Below, one piece after another: positions 23,662 to 36,874 of a DNA stretch of 64,000 nucleotides (positions within the stretch are counted from its first letter, which is position 1; every line of letters starts with the position of its first letter). This DNA is from Octopus vulgaris. Its lineage: Eukaryota. The notes beneath the pieces were generated by a model, which was not told the DNA's origin, did no database searches, and was given only the letters and a program-made list of their open reading frames with translations. The position numbers were made by a program, and so were the translations under genes. Where the stretch lies: NCBI GenBank assembly GCA_951406725.2, contig OX597838.1:15438001-15502000 (forward strand), given 5' to 3'.

Positions 23662-24407
23662 CAGTAGTTCTCAACTGGGGTCCACATGGCCCTTGGTGGG
23701 GTCCTTTAAGTCGAAGAAAGTGATCCCAGGATTGATTCTTTGTAAGCCTGGTACTTATTCTATCAGTCTCATTTTCCAAACAGCTAAGCTACAGGGATGT
23801 AAACACACCGACATTGGTTGTCAAGTGATGGTGGTGGAGACCAACACAAGTACAAATATATATATATACATAAATATATACACACAAATATATACATATA
23901 TTTTTTTAGTTGAAGAAAGCGAACTCAAAACTGATTCTTTGGAAGCCTTGTACTTACTCTATCAATCCATTTTGCTGATTGAATATATATATATATATAT
24001 ATATACACATACACACACACATACATACACACGATGGTCTTCTTTCAGTTTCTGTCTATTAAATCCACTCACAAGGTTTTTGTCAGTTTGAGGCTATAGT
24101 AGAAGACACTTGCCCAAAGTGCCACGGAGTGGGACTGAACTCAGAACCATATGGTTGGGAAGCAAACTTCTTTACCACATAGCCATGTGGTAAGCTTATG
24201 TGTAACCAATAAATTGGTTATACTTCTACTCTACTCAAAATATTTCAACAATTTTTTAATACAGTTCCTAATAATATTTAATTATCAAAAATATAATGGG
24301 ATTTTTTTTAGCAGTGAATGTCTACGGTGGGGGACCAGTAGAGTAAAATAGGAATCAAAGAAGGTCCATAAGCAAATAAAAAAAAAAAAACGTTTGTGAA
24401 CAACTCA
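23662..24407. mobile_element. Decayed hAT-type element interrupted by a family B SINE (about 23700-24186, minus)
   Basis: Starts cagtagttctcaac and ends gtttgtgaacaactc; near-TSD ggttagat / ggttagaa. Confidence 0.5.
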
Positions 24408-24782
24408 GGTTAGAAATAACTTGTTGAAATAAATTTGTTAGCCTGAAACAAATCACATATTTTTTACCTGTCACCAAACCGTATCTGCTTCCCTTCAAGT
24501 AGAGTATTTTCATTTCATTGATCTTATGTTGATAGTGATGGAACTTTTGAACTACAAGACTTTTAGTTACTGGAGAATGTAAACAAAGACTCAGGTTTCG
24601 CTCAAGTGCTGTTAATGAATGAGGATATATGGAAATGACACGCACAACAGGCTTTTTCTCAATTTTTGTCTGCTAATCCCTCTAAGGTGCTTGTCAGTTT
24701 AAGGTTATATCACAAAAGATGCTATGCAGTGGAACTGAATCTGAAGCCATGTGGGACTGGACACAGAAATCTCATGATTTTG

Positions 24783-24996
24783 AAGGCAGTGAGCTGGCAG
24801 AATTGCTAGCATGCCAGGTGAAATGCTTGTTGGTATTTCACCTGCCGCTATGTTCTGAGTTCAAATTCTGCTGAGGTTGACTTTGCCTTTCCTCCTTTCA
24901 GGGTCGATAAATTAAGTACCAGTGAAACACTGGTGTTGATGTAATTGACCTGTCCCCTCACCCCAAATTTCAGGCCTTGTACCTACAGTAGAAAGG

Positions 24997-25071
<75 letters not shown>
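24783..25071 (+). mobile_element. SINE family A, subfamily A3, with a long (ATT)n tail
   Basis: A head and core; tail ttcaggccttgtacctacagtagaaagg(att)n. Confidence 0.88.
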
Positions 25072-25329
25072 TCTCAAAATAACACACTCTGCCATCAAAC
25101 CTGTTGATATTTTAGTTCTCTGAGTAAGGATACCTGAACTATAACCACCACCACCACCACTTTGTGTGTCAGTATTTGAGTGCTGCTGGTGTCAAGAAGG
25201 TGGACTCTTTGGTCTTGCCATACTGGTGTATGTCTTTGTAATCTTTGGAATCTATGAGAAAAAGCAGTACATCTTATTTTAGTTCAGAAGTTCGGATCAT
25301 GCTCAAATAGCGCATTGACAACAGTTACC

Positions 25330-26623
25330 ACCAAACACACACACACACACTTGTACATGCGCACCTCTTCTGATCTGTTTGTCCTCTGCCCATCATCAAA
25401 TGTCTTGTTCTAGATATCATTCATAGACTGCACACGACCACCAATACAGACTTCATTCACGATGTTCAGGTTATTCCCACAGCTATTTCCGACCACAAAA
25501 AGAGCAACACACAAACACAAATAACATCAAACATGACTTACTTCGCATAAACTTGAATTTCAGGAAGGCCAAGTGGGAGGAAATTGAAACTGAAATCCTC
25601 AAAACAAATTGGTCTCAGAGCATGTTGGCAACCCCAGTGTTAACAAGGAAATGAAGTTTCTGTATGAAGAGTTAATCAGGATCTGTTGAAAGCATGCCCC
25701 ATATAAACATACCCATTCTTGAAAACACTCGATTTTGCAATACAGACAGATACTAATGTGTAACAAAACCAAACCAACAAAACAACTCAAAAACCAAACT
25801 TGAGGAAAAAAATTGAGATTGACAAAAAAAAAAAAAAAGAGCATCCAACTGGTTCTAAAACTATCTCATGAAAAAGAAACTTTGCTAATGGAACAACGAG
25901 CAGTGTAAAATATAAAATCTATTTCTATGTTCTTTTTCCATTTCGCTAAACAAAATCAGCTACACATAACCAGATTGACTCTCTAATGGATCAAAATGGA
26001 TCATATACAAATTACTCATCACAAATATGCAACATTCTTAAGTTGATATTGTGACATTGCATTTTCCCAACCTATAGCTAACGAAATAATATGTGAACCA
26101 AATGAATTCTTTGATCCCCCAGAACTCAACTACAGAGACACAGCTAAAAATTAATGATGCAACAGAAGATGATATACTTACAGCTAATGACCTAGATTCA
26201 AATTCAGCATCTGGACCAGATGGTCTCCAAGTCATACTGCTAAAAACGTGCAAAAATAGCCTTGTGAAATCATTTAAGATACTATTTCAAAAGTCACTAG
26301 ATTCCAGCAAATTCACAGAACTACTGAAAGACACAATAGTAACACCTGTACACAATGGAGTGCAGCAGGGCTGAAGCTAAAAATTACAGACCTGTTTCTT
26401 TCACATCTCACATGTCTCAAATTATCAAATGCATTGTCCGAAATAGAATTCTTACATACCTTGTGGAAAACAAGCTCGTAGATGACGTACAGCATGGTTT
26501 TTGAACTGGATGAAGTTGCCTTTCACAACTATTACAACACCATAGCACTATTCTTAATAATTTCTTGAGAGGGAAGGACACTGACTGTATATACTTTGAT
26601 TTTGTTAAGGCATTTGACAAGAT
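25330..26623 (+). mobile_element. Decayed CR1/L2-group LINE ORF2 fragment reaching the start of the RT domain
   Basis: SASGPDG, IVTPVH, NYRPVS.TS, QHGF...SCLSQLL and IYFDFVKAFDK motifs with frameshifts and stops; cut off at a (TA)n tract. Confidence 0.88.
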
Positions 26624-26696
<73 letters not shown>

Positions 26697-26697
26697 C

Positions 26698-27010
26698 GTG
26701 AAGGCACGTGGCTTAGTGGTTAGGGTATTCGGATTGCGAGTTTGATTCCTGGTAGCATGCTGTGGCCTTGAGCATAGCATTTTAGTTCAAATTGCTCCAG
26801 TCCACTCAGCTGGCAAAAATGAGTAGTACCTGTATTTCAAAGGGCCAGCCTTGTCACACTCTGTGTCACGCTGAATTTTCCTGAAAAGTATGTGAAGGGT
26901 ACACATGTCTGTGTGGAGTGCTTAGCCACTTGCATGTTAATCTCATGAGCAAGCTGTTCCACTGATCGGATCTGCTGGAACCCTCAGTGTCATAAGCGAT
27001 GGAGTGCCAG
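26698..27010 (+). mobile_element. tRNA-SINE with a C-like 5' half and a D-type 3' half
   Basis: gtgaaggcacgtggcttagtggttagg..ttgctccagtccactcagctg, then gtacctgtatttcaaagggccagccttgtcacac as in the 31011 copy. Confidence 0.8.
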
Positions 27011-27498
27011 TTTATATATATTTATTAATGTATATATGTATGTATGTATCTATATATTATTATACCCGTGTTTGTTTTGATATTAAGATTGAAAAAAAAA
27101 ATTGGCCTTGTTTGTAAAAAAATTTGGACCCAAGTTCACACTCCCTAAGCAAATTTCATTCCCAGGCCACTGAGTGTGAGTCCTTTTTTTTAGTAGATAT
27201 GGATAGGTGGCATTTGATGGGTGTGTGTTGCATATTTGCTGGTATCCGTGTTTCTGATATTGCACATTGACCTTATAAGTATATTGTAAAAAAACAACAG
27301 CAAAATCTGATTTGCATCAGGTGATAACTGCCCCCACTCAACAAAACAAATCTAATTATTTTTTTTGACTCACAATCTTTTACTTATATCACCATTTCAC
27401 ATTGTTGCAGTGTTTATCATTGGTAACTGAAAACTGATAGAACATTAATGTTAATAGTTAATACTGGGTGCCTGATAAAATACACCCAGTTCATACAT

Positions 27499-27840
27499 TC
27501 ATCATCATCATCATCATCATCGTTTAACATCCGTTCTCCATGCTAGCATGGGTTGGACTGTTCAACTGGGGATCTGGGAAGCCAGAAGGCTGCACTAGGC
27601 TCCGGTCTTATCTGGCAATGTTTCTACGGCTGGATTCCCTTCCTAACGCCAACCACTCCATGAGTGTAGTGGGTGCTTTTTACATGCCACCTGCACTGGT
27701 GCCAGGCGAGGCTGGCATCGGCCGCGGTCGGATTGGTGCATTTTACGTGCCACCTGCATGGAAGCCAGTTGAGGCGGCACTGGCTTCGGCCACGATTCGG
27801 ATGGTGCTTTTTACGTGCCACCGACACGGAAGCCAGTCGA
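27499..27840 (-). mobile_element. Family F retroposon
   Basis: (cat)n cgtttaacatccgttctccatgctagcatgggttgg plus internal tandem units. Confidence 0.85.
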
Positions 27841-28397
27841 TGGTGGAAAATGTTTGGTTATAAGGAGGACATCCAACTGTGAAAAACCATACCAAAGTAA
27901 CATGGCATACACAGTAACAAAGTTTGCTGGCTTTCACATTGTTGCTTTGTTTGCTCAGATGAAGAAGGTCCATGTGAACTGGTGACACACTGTGAAATTT
28001 TTGTCTAGCTGATTCAGCCATGTATTATGTTTTATGGAAAAATTGGCTTAGAACGATGCTGATGATGTTATGTTAACTGTCCTGGCTAAATTCCATGTTG
28101 CTTGTTTACCGTTTCAGCCAGTGAATTATGATTTCAGCCGTTTTCCTTTGTTTTAGGTGTTTGCCAGATTTAGTGTAGATTGTGAGATCTTTGTGTTATC
28201 AGATATTTTGCTATGCGTATATAGATTGGGCTAAAAATAGATGGTAATAAATGTGGAAGGTAGTTTACATCGAGTTAGTAAATATATTTTGAATGTTCTT
28301 TGTTGTCATCATCATCAGCATCGTTATTGTTATAATGTTAGTTTTGGTGTCTTGCTGTACTCAAGGAAACTTGTCTGCCATAGCAGAATTGATGTCG

Positions 28398-28662
28398 GTA
28401 CTGGTGCCACATTAAAAGCATTGGTGCTGGTGCCACATAAAAAGTACACAGTGCTCTCTGTTGAGTGGTTGGCATTAGGAAGGGCATCCAGCCATAGAAA
28501 CCAAGCCAGGACAGACAATGGAGCCTGGTGTGGCCCCTGACTTTAACAGCTCTGATCAAACTCTGCAACCGAGCCTGGTGTGGCCCCTGACTTTAACAGC
28601 TCTGATCAAACTCTGCAACCCATGCCAGCATGGAAAACACGTTAAATGATGATGACAACGAC
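28398..28662 (+). mobile_element. Family F retroposon with an internal perfect 50-bp duplication
   Basis: ttaggaagggcatccagccatagaaa; 28521-28570 equals 28571-28620. Confidence 0.8.
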
Positions 28663-29060
28663 GTTTCTCTGGAAGGGATAGATCTGATTACAAGCACACA
28701 AGGATAACTGTAGAAGATATCTTACAGTGAATTAGTAAATTATTTTTGAATCATCATCATTATGATTCTGATAATGGCAATTGTGACTGTCAGTCTCCTA
28801 TACAATAATTATTATCATCATTACCATTTTTTATTCTGTCTGCTTTCTTTGCTGGCATAGGTTGGATGGGTGTCATAGTCTGATTAATTTCTTACAGGGT
28901 GCTATTGCTCCTAAAGATGGGAGCTTGTATGTGTTATTTGGTTTGGTTTCTTTAGCTGAAAGCCCTTCCTCTTGCCAGCTACTTTACAAAGTGTGTATTG
29001 GGTGCATTTTCTTGTACCAATACTAGAAATGTTGAATAGTCTTTGGGCTGACAGGATTAA

Positions 29061-29281
29061 CCCTTTAGCATTTAAACCGGCCATATCCGGCCAAAAGTGT
29101 TCTGCCTGTTTTATATTCAAACTGGCCAGATCTGGTCTCTCACACCAACCCTACAATATCGTTTTAAAAATTAACAGTTACCTCATCAAAATCTCATAAC
29201 TACAAGGTAATGCATGATTAGTTCAAAACAATGTGGATGAAAAAGCATTAATTTTGGTAGAATAATGCGAACACTAAAGGG
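29061..29281. mobile_element. piggyBac-type MITE family E, intact
   Basis: TTAA|ccctttag ... ctaaaggg|TTAA; 221 bp; nearly identical to 62821-63041. Confidence 0.92.
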
Positions 29282-31010
29282 TTAAAGGGGATTTCAGTCT
29301 TACACTTTCTCTGCTCATTTTGTCAATCACTTTTTTGAGGATGAACTGAGGGCACATTTTGTGTTGTCAGCACTAGAAAGGTAACCTTGCTTAGTATTCA
29401 CTTGTAGGAGTGTGGTGGGTTTCATCATAGCACTGTCACAGGAAGTGGGGTGGGGAATAAGAGAGGAAGCAATGGCAGCAGAAAGTTAATCTTTAGAGTG
29501 TTAAATAGAGAGTACTCAATAATCTAAGGCATGTGCATTTAATCAGGTGACTAAGAAGGGGAATAGAAAGAGAGAGAAAGATAGGTAGAGAAAGGGAGGG
29601 CAAGAGACCAATGACATGAGAAAGGGTAGAATGGATAGGAGGAGGGTGCAAGATATGGGAAAAGGCAGGTGTGTGTGTGTATGTGTGGTGGATTCCATTA
29701 AAACATAGTGAAACAGGAATTTTATGTTCAAATATAAATTTACAGAGAAGAGATAAGGATTTTGATTTCTCTTTCTCGAGGCCTTCATTCTATTTGCAGT
29801 TATCAGTGACACTAGGTTCCTGTTTTATGGAGTAACAAACATTCTAAGACTAATCTGCCACTGGTTAATTTGATAGTGTCATTCTCTGGTAGTTTTTTTT
29901 ACCCTCCCCCCCATTAAAAATTTTTTTTTAATAAAAGGTTAGCTCTCACCCCTTAATTATTTTGAGCATATAGTCATTGACTGGTGATTCCAGTTTACCT
30001 CCAATTTGATTCAGGCATGTGATTGTCGATAGTCCACAAAAATGGTGACATATCGATATCCATCGCTCTGGAATGGAATTGGGATGCGTTGTCTTGCTTG
30101 TCTATAACTTTTAGGTATTTTAACACCCAACACTTAGAGGGAGTCATCCCTACCATGCTAAAATGCTGCCTATCAGTGAACAAGCCGAGCATATATGTTG
30201 AGTATGTGGTCGATAAATTAAATTTTTTTTTTGTTAACAACTGCTATGTTACCAAAAACTGTCTCTTTGGATTTACTTATGCCGTATTCCTTATAAATGT
30301 ATGTTAAATCCCCTTCAGGTTTATTTAACTGTTGTTTGACTTTCTAAGGAAAAAGACAGTTATTTTTTTCTTTTCTTTACTGCCAGAACAGAAAGCCATT
30401 ACAGATGAGATGTGTCATCTGATCACTGAATTTATGTCATGTTTTTAATATGACATTACTACAAAAAACTTCATAATTATAATAATACCACCACCACCAT
30501 CATTTTCGTCAAGGACCATAACTTCTACAGGTTGTGTGGAACCATTCTTACCATATGTCAGTATCCCCTGGTTGCTATGTAAACTGTACAAAAGAACATG
30601 TCATTTTTAGAATGTTCTAGACTTAGTGTGACATTATTGAAGGCCTCTTAGAATTTCCTTTTCACATCTCTTCTTGTTTATATGTACACACACACACACA
30701 CAGGTATTACTCATACTTGCACTTTCTCATGTGCATATAATATACACATGTACGTGTAGACCAGGTGTCTTTTACTTGTTTGCTTCACTTTGTTGCACTG
30801 CATCAAAGCCATATATGTGGAGGGGCTTATTTTGATTGAATTCCTCGGAGAGAAGAAAGGTAAAGTTGACTAGAGAGTCTCCTCCACACCCTTGGAGATT
30901 TACAAGGCAAATGTCAACTTCTAGAGGGACAAAAAGGTACCTATGATTTGAACCCAAGAAGAATGCTGAAACTAAATCCTGTAAATTTCTGCCATTCCAC
31001 TGTCTTAAAT

Positions 31011-31394
31011 GTGGAAGCACTCCGCCGGTTACTACGATGTGGGTTCCGGTTGATCCGATCAACGGAACAGCCTGCTCGTGAAATTAACGTGTTAGTGGCT
31101 GAGCACTCCACAGACACGTGTACCCTTAATGTAGTTCTTGGGGATATTCAGCGTGACACAGAGAGTGACAAGGCTGGCCCTTTGAAATACAGGTACAACT
31201 GAAACAGGAAGTAAGAGTGAGAGAAAGTTGTGGTGAAAGAGTACAACAGGGATCACCACCATTCCCTGCCGGAGCCTCGTGGAGCTTTAGGTGTTTTTGC
31301 TCAATAAACACTCACAACACCGGTCTGGGAATCGAAACCGCGATCCTACGACTGCGAGTCCGCTGCCCTAACCACTGGGCCATTGCGCCTCCAC
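31011..31394 (-). mobile_element. tRNA-derived SINE family D, full length with TSD
   Basis: Head gtggaggcgcaatggcccagtggttagggcagcggactcgc..ggtttcgattccc; direct repeat tccactgtcttaaat at 30996-31010 and 31390-31404. Confidence 0.92.
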
Positions 31395-31557
31395 TGTCTT
31401 AAATAGTAAACCGAACATTAAATCTCACTGCTGCTGATGCGTTTGGTTTATTGAAAACCCATATATAGCTGGTATTCTTTAACTCTTGGAGGAGTGAAAG
31501 GTAATATTGGTCTCGACAGGAATAGAAAGTAAAAGTGAAAGGATTGAATCTAAATCT

Positions 31558-31910
31558 ATCTATCTGCTCAGTCAAAGTTGACTCTCGGTTACTTGTTGAA
31601 TCAGTGTCCTCCAGTCAGTTCTATCCTGGGCCGCTTCTTTCAGATTGGTTATGTCCATTCCGGTATCACTCTTGATGGTATCAAGCCAGCCGGTTCTTGG
31701 TCGGCCTCTTCCTCTCTTGCCACTGACCATTCCGAGCATGATGTCCTTCTCCAGGGATTGTCTCCGCATAAGATGACCGAAATATGCCAATCTATGCTTG
31801 GTGATCCTAGCTTCTAGCGACATTTTCGGCCTGATCTGCTTAAGAACTTCTCCATTGGTGAGCCTAGCTGTCCATGGAATCCGTAAAAGTCTTCTCCAAC
31901 ACCAAAGCTC
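31558..31910 (-). mobile_element. RTE (BovB-like) LINE 3' end, sister of the 2805 copy
   Basis: ELWCWRRLLRIPWTARLTNGEVLKQIRPKMSLEARITKHRLAYFGHLMRR...; DNA nearly identical to 2805-3107. Confidence 0.92.
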
Positions 31911-31914
31911 ATTC

Positions 31915-32110
31915 TTTTATTCTTTTACTTGTTTCAGTCATTTGACTGCAGCCCATGATGGAGCACTGCCTTGAGTTCTAGTCGAAGAAATCGACCACTG
32001 GACTTTGTAAGCCTAGTACTTATTCTATCGGCCTCTTTTACTGAACCGCTAAGTTGTAAATACACCAACATCAGTTGTGAAGCAATGATGGGGAGACAAA
32101 CACTGACACA
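31915..32110 (-). mobile_element. SINE family B, 3' half
   Basis: tcttttacttgtttcagtcatttgactgc..gcctagtacttattctatcgg. Confidence 0.82.
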
Positions 32111-33292
32111 TAGGCATGTCTGAGCCATGTTCAATCTTGTAGCACCATTTACTATGTGTGTAACACAAGAGACTTAATCTTTATTGATGCGACTATTGAT
32201 AATAGTAAGAATATTTTGTAAAATTACTATAATTTGGTTCGTCATACTTGTCTTCCATACTTCCTTTTCTTCCTTATCTTTTGCTCATCATATACTGAGC
32301 TCATTGGAGATTTTGCTGCTATTTCTAGTAGTTTGAGTAACCACTTACACACTTCTTCAATAGCTTATGAATCCTCTGCATGTTATTGTCTTTTTGGTTT
32401 ATGTCTTTTTGGTTTAGCTTCCAAGTCAACCCTGATCAAGTCAACCTTCTAGAAATAACTAACTCTCTCTTATTACTTCATTTTATAAAAAAGAGTAGAA
32501 ACATGGATTAATGTAGGCCTAGATTCAATAAACCTAAGAAAAACAAAAAAAAAACAAAACTGGATGGTCATGACCGGAAATTCGTTAATTGCAAGTTTAC
32601 TGGATCAGGTCTAACCTGGGACTAAAGAATACCAACTGTTGACGAACACTGCCCTAAATTTCTATAATAAAAAAAAAAAAAGATGTTTTTCTTCTCTTCT
32701 CTGTTCAACCAACCAACCGACCGACCAGCCAGCCAACTGTACAACAGAGATGGCAGCGAAGCTGATTGTAATCTAGTATTGATTTGCCTGCAATAGACAG
32801 TCCACTGATCCTCTCACATTGGTTGTACTGATGATGGAACTGTGGTGTTAGTGTGGAGCTGGTGACAAACTGCAGTGCTTGGTTATCATAAATTACATCT
32901 TGCCACCACTGATTATATATTTTCTCTATAAACGGCACATTAATACTAAATTAAAAGAGGCTGTTGATGTGAGTGATGGCATTAGTTAGAAGGGCGGTGG
33001 TGAAGAATGGAAACAACAACAACAGTTTGAACATTACTGACTTTACAGTGGAAATAAATGATCTAGACTTCTCGCTGTTATTGGCTTCTTTCTTTCACTT
33101 TTTGTGGCATCACGAGGTTCAGCTGCAGTTAAAATATGGGAGGACTTGTAGGCAGGGAAATTAACAGATGTCCTTTCCATAAATATGGCAAAATAAATTC
33201 AAAGACGCTGAATCTTTTTCAAAAGATTGTGCTGCTGGTGATGCTGCTGTTAATAATAACAAAGATAATAATAATAATAATAATAATAGTAA

Positions 33293-33503
33293 TACAGACA
33301 AATGCATAACAAAAACACCAGGACTTACAAACACATATAACATACAGAAAATTGCACTACTGGGCACTGCACACATCCTACGCAGAACACTTTCCATACA
33401 ATAACCATCAGAGCATCACAACAAATCACAGCACATACCCAAGGCACACAGAGCTGCGCTCGGTAGTGAAGTGAAAGCACGATATAAAAAATATACTACT
33501 GAA
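33293..33503 (+). mobile_element. R4/Dong-like LINE 3' end embedded in (AAT)n
   Basis: DKCITKTPGLTNTYNIQKIALLGTAHILRRTLSIQ* (QK.ALLGTA.ILRR terminal motif), about 100-bp 3'UTR, (AAT)n on both sides. Confidence 0.8.
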
Positions 33504-33578
33504 GAATAATAATAATAATAATAATAATAATAGTAATAATAATAATAGTAATAATAATAATAATAATGATAATAATAA

Positions 33579-33764
33579 TCCTTTCTAACATAGGCACAAG
33601 GCCTGAAATTTTGGGGGAGGAGGATAACCAATTACATCGACCCCAGTATTCAACTGGTACTTATTTTATCAACCCCAAAAGGATGGAAGGCAAAGTCAAC
33701 CTTGGCTGAATTTGAACTCAGAACATGAAGATGGACGAAATACCGCTAAGCATTTTGCCCAGTG

Positions 33765-33807
<43 letters not shown>

Positions 33808-34031
33808 TCCTTTCTACTATAGGCACACACCTGAGATTTTGGGGGAGGGGTCTAGTTGATTTAATAGACCCCACTGTTTCACTGGTACTTAATTTATCGA
33901 TCCCGAAAGGATGAAAGGCAAAGTCAACCTTGGCAGAATTTGAACTCAGAACACAAAGGCAGACAAAATACTGCTAAGCATTTAGCTTAGTGTGCTAACC
34001 ATTCTGCCAGCTTGCCACCTTGATGATGATG

Positions 34032-34064
<33 letters not shown>

Positions 34065-34215
34065 TTTCAAATTTAGGCACAAAGCCAGCAATTTTGGGGT
34101 AGCAGGTGAGTTGATTACATCGATCCAGTGTTTAACTGCTACTTATTTTATTGACCCCAAAAGGATGAAAGGCAAAGTTGACCTCAGCGGCATTTGAACT
34201 CAGAAGGTAAACAGC
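33579..34215 (-). mobile_element. Three head-to-tail family A SINEs (A3, A3, A2) separated by (AAT)n
   Basis: Copies at about 33579-33767, 33806-34022 and 34063-34215, each containing gaaaggcaaagtcaacct/gttgacct..tttgaactcagaa-type sequence. Confidence 0.9.
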
Positions 34216-34221
34216 TGGAAA

Positions 34222-34304
34222 GTGAGTACTAGCTGAATAATGGATCATTTTAATTGACTTACCCTCTCCTCTGAACTTGCTGACCTTGTGCCAAAATTTG
34301 ACAC

Positions 34305-34352
<48 letters not shown>

Positions 34353-34574
34353 GTGATGAAGGCAGCGAGCTGGCAGAATCGTTAGCATGCTAGGCGAAAT
34401 GCTTAGCGGTATTTTGTCTGTTGTTACGTTCTGAGTTCAAATTCTGCCGAGGTTGACTGTGCCTTTCATCCTTTCGGGGTCGATAAATTATGTACCAGTG
34501 AAACACTGGAATCGATGTAATTTCACTTGTCCCCCCCCCCTCAAAATTCAGGCCTTGTGCCTACAGTAGAAAGG

Positions 34575-34632
<58 letters not shown>

Positions 34633-35205
34633 GGTGGCAAGCTGGTAGAATTGTCAGTACACTGGACAAAATGCTTAGCAGCATTTCATGTCATCACATT
34701 CTGACTTCAAATTTTGTTGAGGTCAGTTTTGCCTTTCATCCTTTCGGGGTCAGTGAAATAAGTACCATTTGAGCACTGGGGTTGATGTAATTGATTTACT
34801 CCCTCCCCACAAATTCAGACTCCGTGCCTATAAGTAGAAAGAATTATTATTATCATAATCATCATCATCATTATTATTTATTTATTTATTCATTTATTAT
34901 GGATTGGCACAATCCTTAAAACTGCCAGGTAAAAAATGCCTTGTTGATATTTGCAGTGGGCCCTTTATCTTCCTAGATAAAATCTTGCTGAAGTCAACTT
35001 TTGCCTTTTGTCCCCACAAGGCTGGAAAATGCTTAGTGGTATTTTGCTTGTCTTTACATTCCAAGTTCAAATTCTGCTGAGGTTGACTTTGCTTTGCATT
35101 CTTTTGGGGGTCAGTGAAATAAGTACTGTTCGAGTACTGGGGTTGATGTCATCTACTAGCCCCATTCCACCAAATTCTGACCCTGTACCTACATTAGAAT
35201 TATTG
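34222..35205 (+). mobile_element. Head-to-tail family A SINEs separated by (ATT)n
   Basis: A2 3' part at about 34222-34303; A3 at 34359-34577 and 34632-34845; further partial copies to about 35205. Confidence 0.88.
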
Positions 35206-35225
35206 GTTATTATTTATTTATTATC

Positions 35226-35392
35226 GGGCATGGCTGTGTGGTTAGGGAGCTTGCTTCCTAGCTATATGGTTTCGGGTTCAGTCCCACTGCGTGGCACTTT
35301 AGGTAGGTGTCTTCTGCTATAGCCCCGAGCCGACCGAAGCTTTGTGATTGAATTCAGTAGGCGGAAGTTACTGCCGTGTGTGTATGTGTGCG
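35226..35392 (+). mobile_element. SINE family B, 5' half
   Basis: ggcatggctgtgtggttagggagcttgc..gggttcagtcccactgcgtggcac. Confidence 0.8.
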
Positions 35393-36177
35393 TATAGCTG
35401 CTCAGTGCCTCTCCGAAAGAGAGAGAGGGATTGACACTATCATTAAAAGTGTCAGGTAAAAATATTTGTTGCTATTTGCTGTGGGCCTCTTATCTTCCTA
35501 GATAAAATCTTGCTGAAGTCAACTTTTGCCTTTCGTTCCTACAGGGCCAATAAAATACAGTACCAGTTGAGTACTGGGCTCAATGTAATTGACTAACCCT
35601 CTTCCCCCTAAACTACTGGTGTTGTGCTTAAATCAGAAACATTTATTAAAAAAAAGGAGCAGTGGATTAGAGAATTTGCAGGGCATTGGCCTGATCGCTG
35701 CTTTGTTATGTTTACTTTGATCTCGTTATGTATTGATATTAAATCGCAACACGGTCAATTTAGCTTTTCAATAAATAAATTTAAAAATCTTCATATTTCT
35801 ATCAATGAATTAAGAGGTGAAATGATAATGACTTTCGCGAAGGCATGAAATTACATCTCCCACTCCTCCCTGTTGAACTTTATATATAGGGTCTGTACAT
35901 GTAAGTTATGAGAGACAAAGATGAAGCATTAGTAGTAGCAGTATTTGAAATTTTGCTGTTGCTGCTATTACTACTACTACTAATAGACAGCTTTTGATCT
36001 GCTAGAGGAAATAGATTAATCTATCTCTTCCTAACCCTATAACATACCTCCTCACTTCTGTATATATCCTCTCTCTCTCTCCTCCTCCTTCCCCTCCTCT
36101 CTGTTCACTGCCCAGCCAGCCTCTTCTGATATTACATCTGTTACTGTGTAGTGTAAGGCGCTGCCATTTAAGTATAA

Positions 36178-36259
<82 letters not shown>

Positions 36260-36651
36260 GGTGGTGGTGGTGGTGGAGGTGTGGTGATAGTAGACAACAT
36301 ATATTTTGAAGTGGAGAGGTGTTGTGGGGGGTGGGGGGTTTAATAGAGATTTCTGTATCAAATTTCCTGTCTGCCCTCAATTCTCACATCATACCCCACT
36401 CACCAATTTATCTACCTAGCCACACATCCATCTCCGACATCCCATCTGCTAAAACACACACACACACACACACACACCTCTCTCTCTCTTCCCCCTCCCT
36501 TCTCCCTCCTCCTCCCTCTCCCTATTGTTTAGAAATTTACGTTGAAGATTTAAATTGAAATTTTTCAACACTAAACATGCTTTTTTTTTTTTGTTTTGGA
36601 GATTTACCAAATTTTTTTAATCTCAGGTTTCTTTACTATTCCTACTCTGTA

Positions 36652-36696
<45 letters not shown>

Positions 36697-36874
36697 TAGA
36701 TAGTCACGGATGGGTAATACATTTAATTTTGATTTTTATATTTAATTTTTCTTTTAAACTCTCAGTGACATATTACATTTATAACATTAGTCCCCTAGCA
36801 TTGCCACAGTAAACTAGTAACATATATTAATCTTCGTATGTCGAGTTATGAATATAAAAACAATTTAATATTAT

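Noticed and set aside
29995-30307. Overlapping 81-94 aa ORFs in CpG-containing sequence
   Set aside because: No recognisable motif; possibly a decayed transposon.
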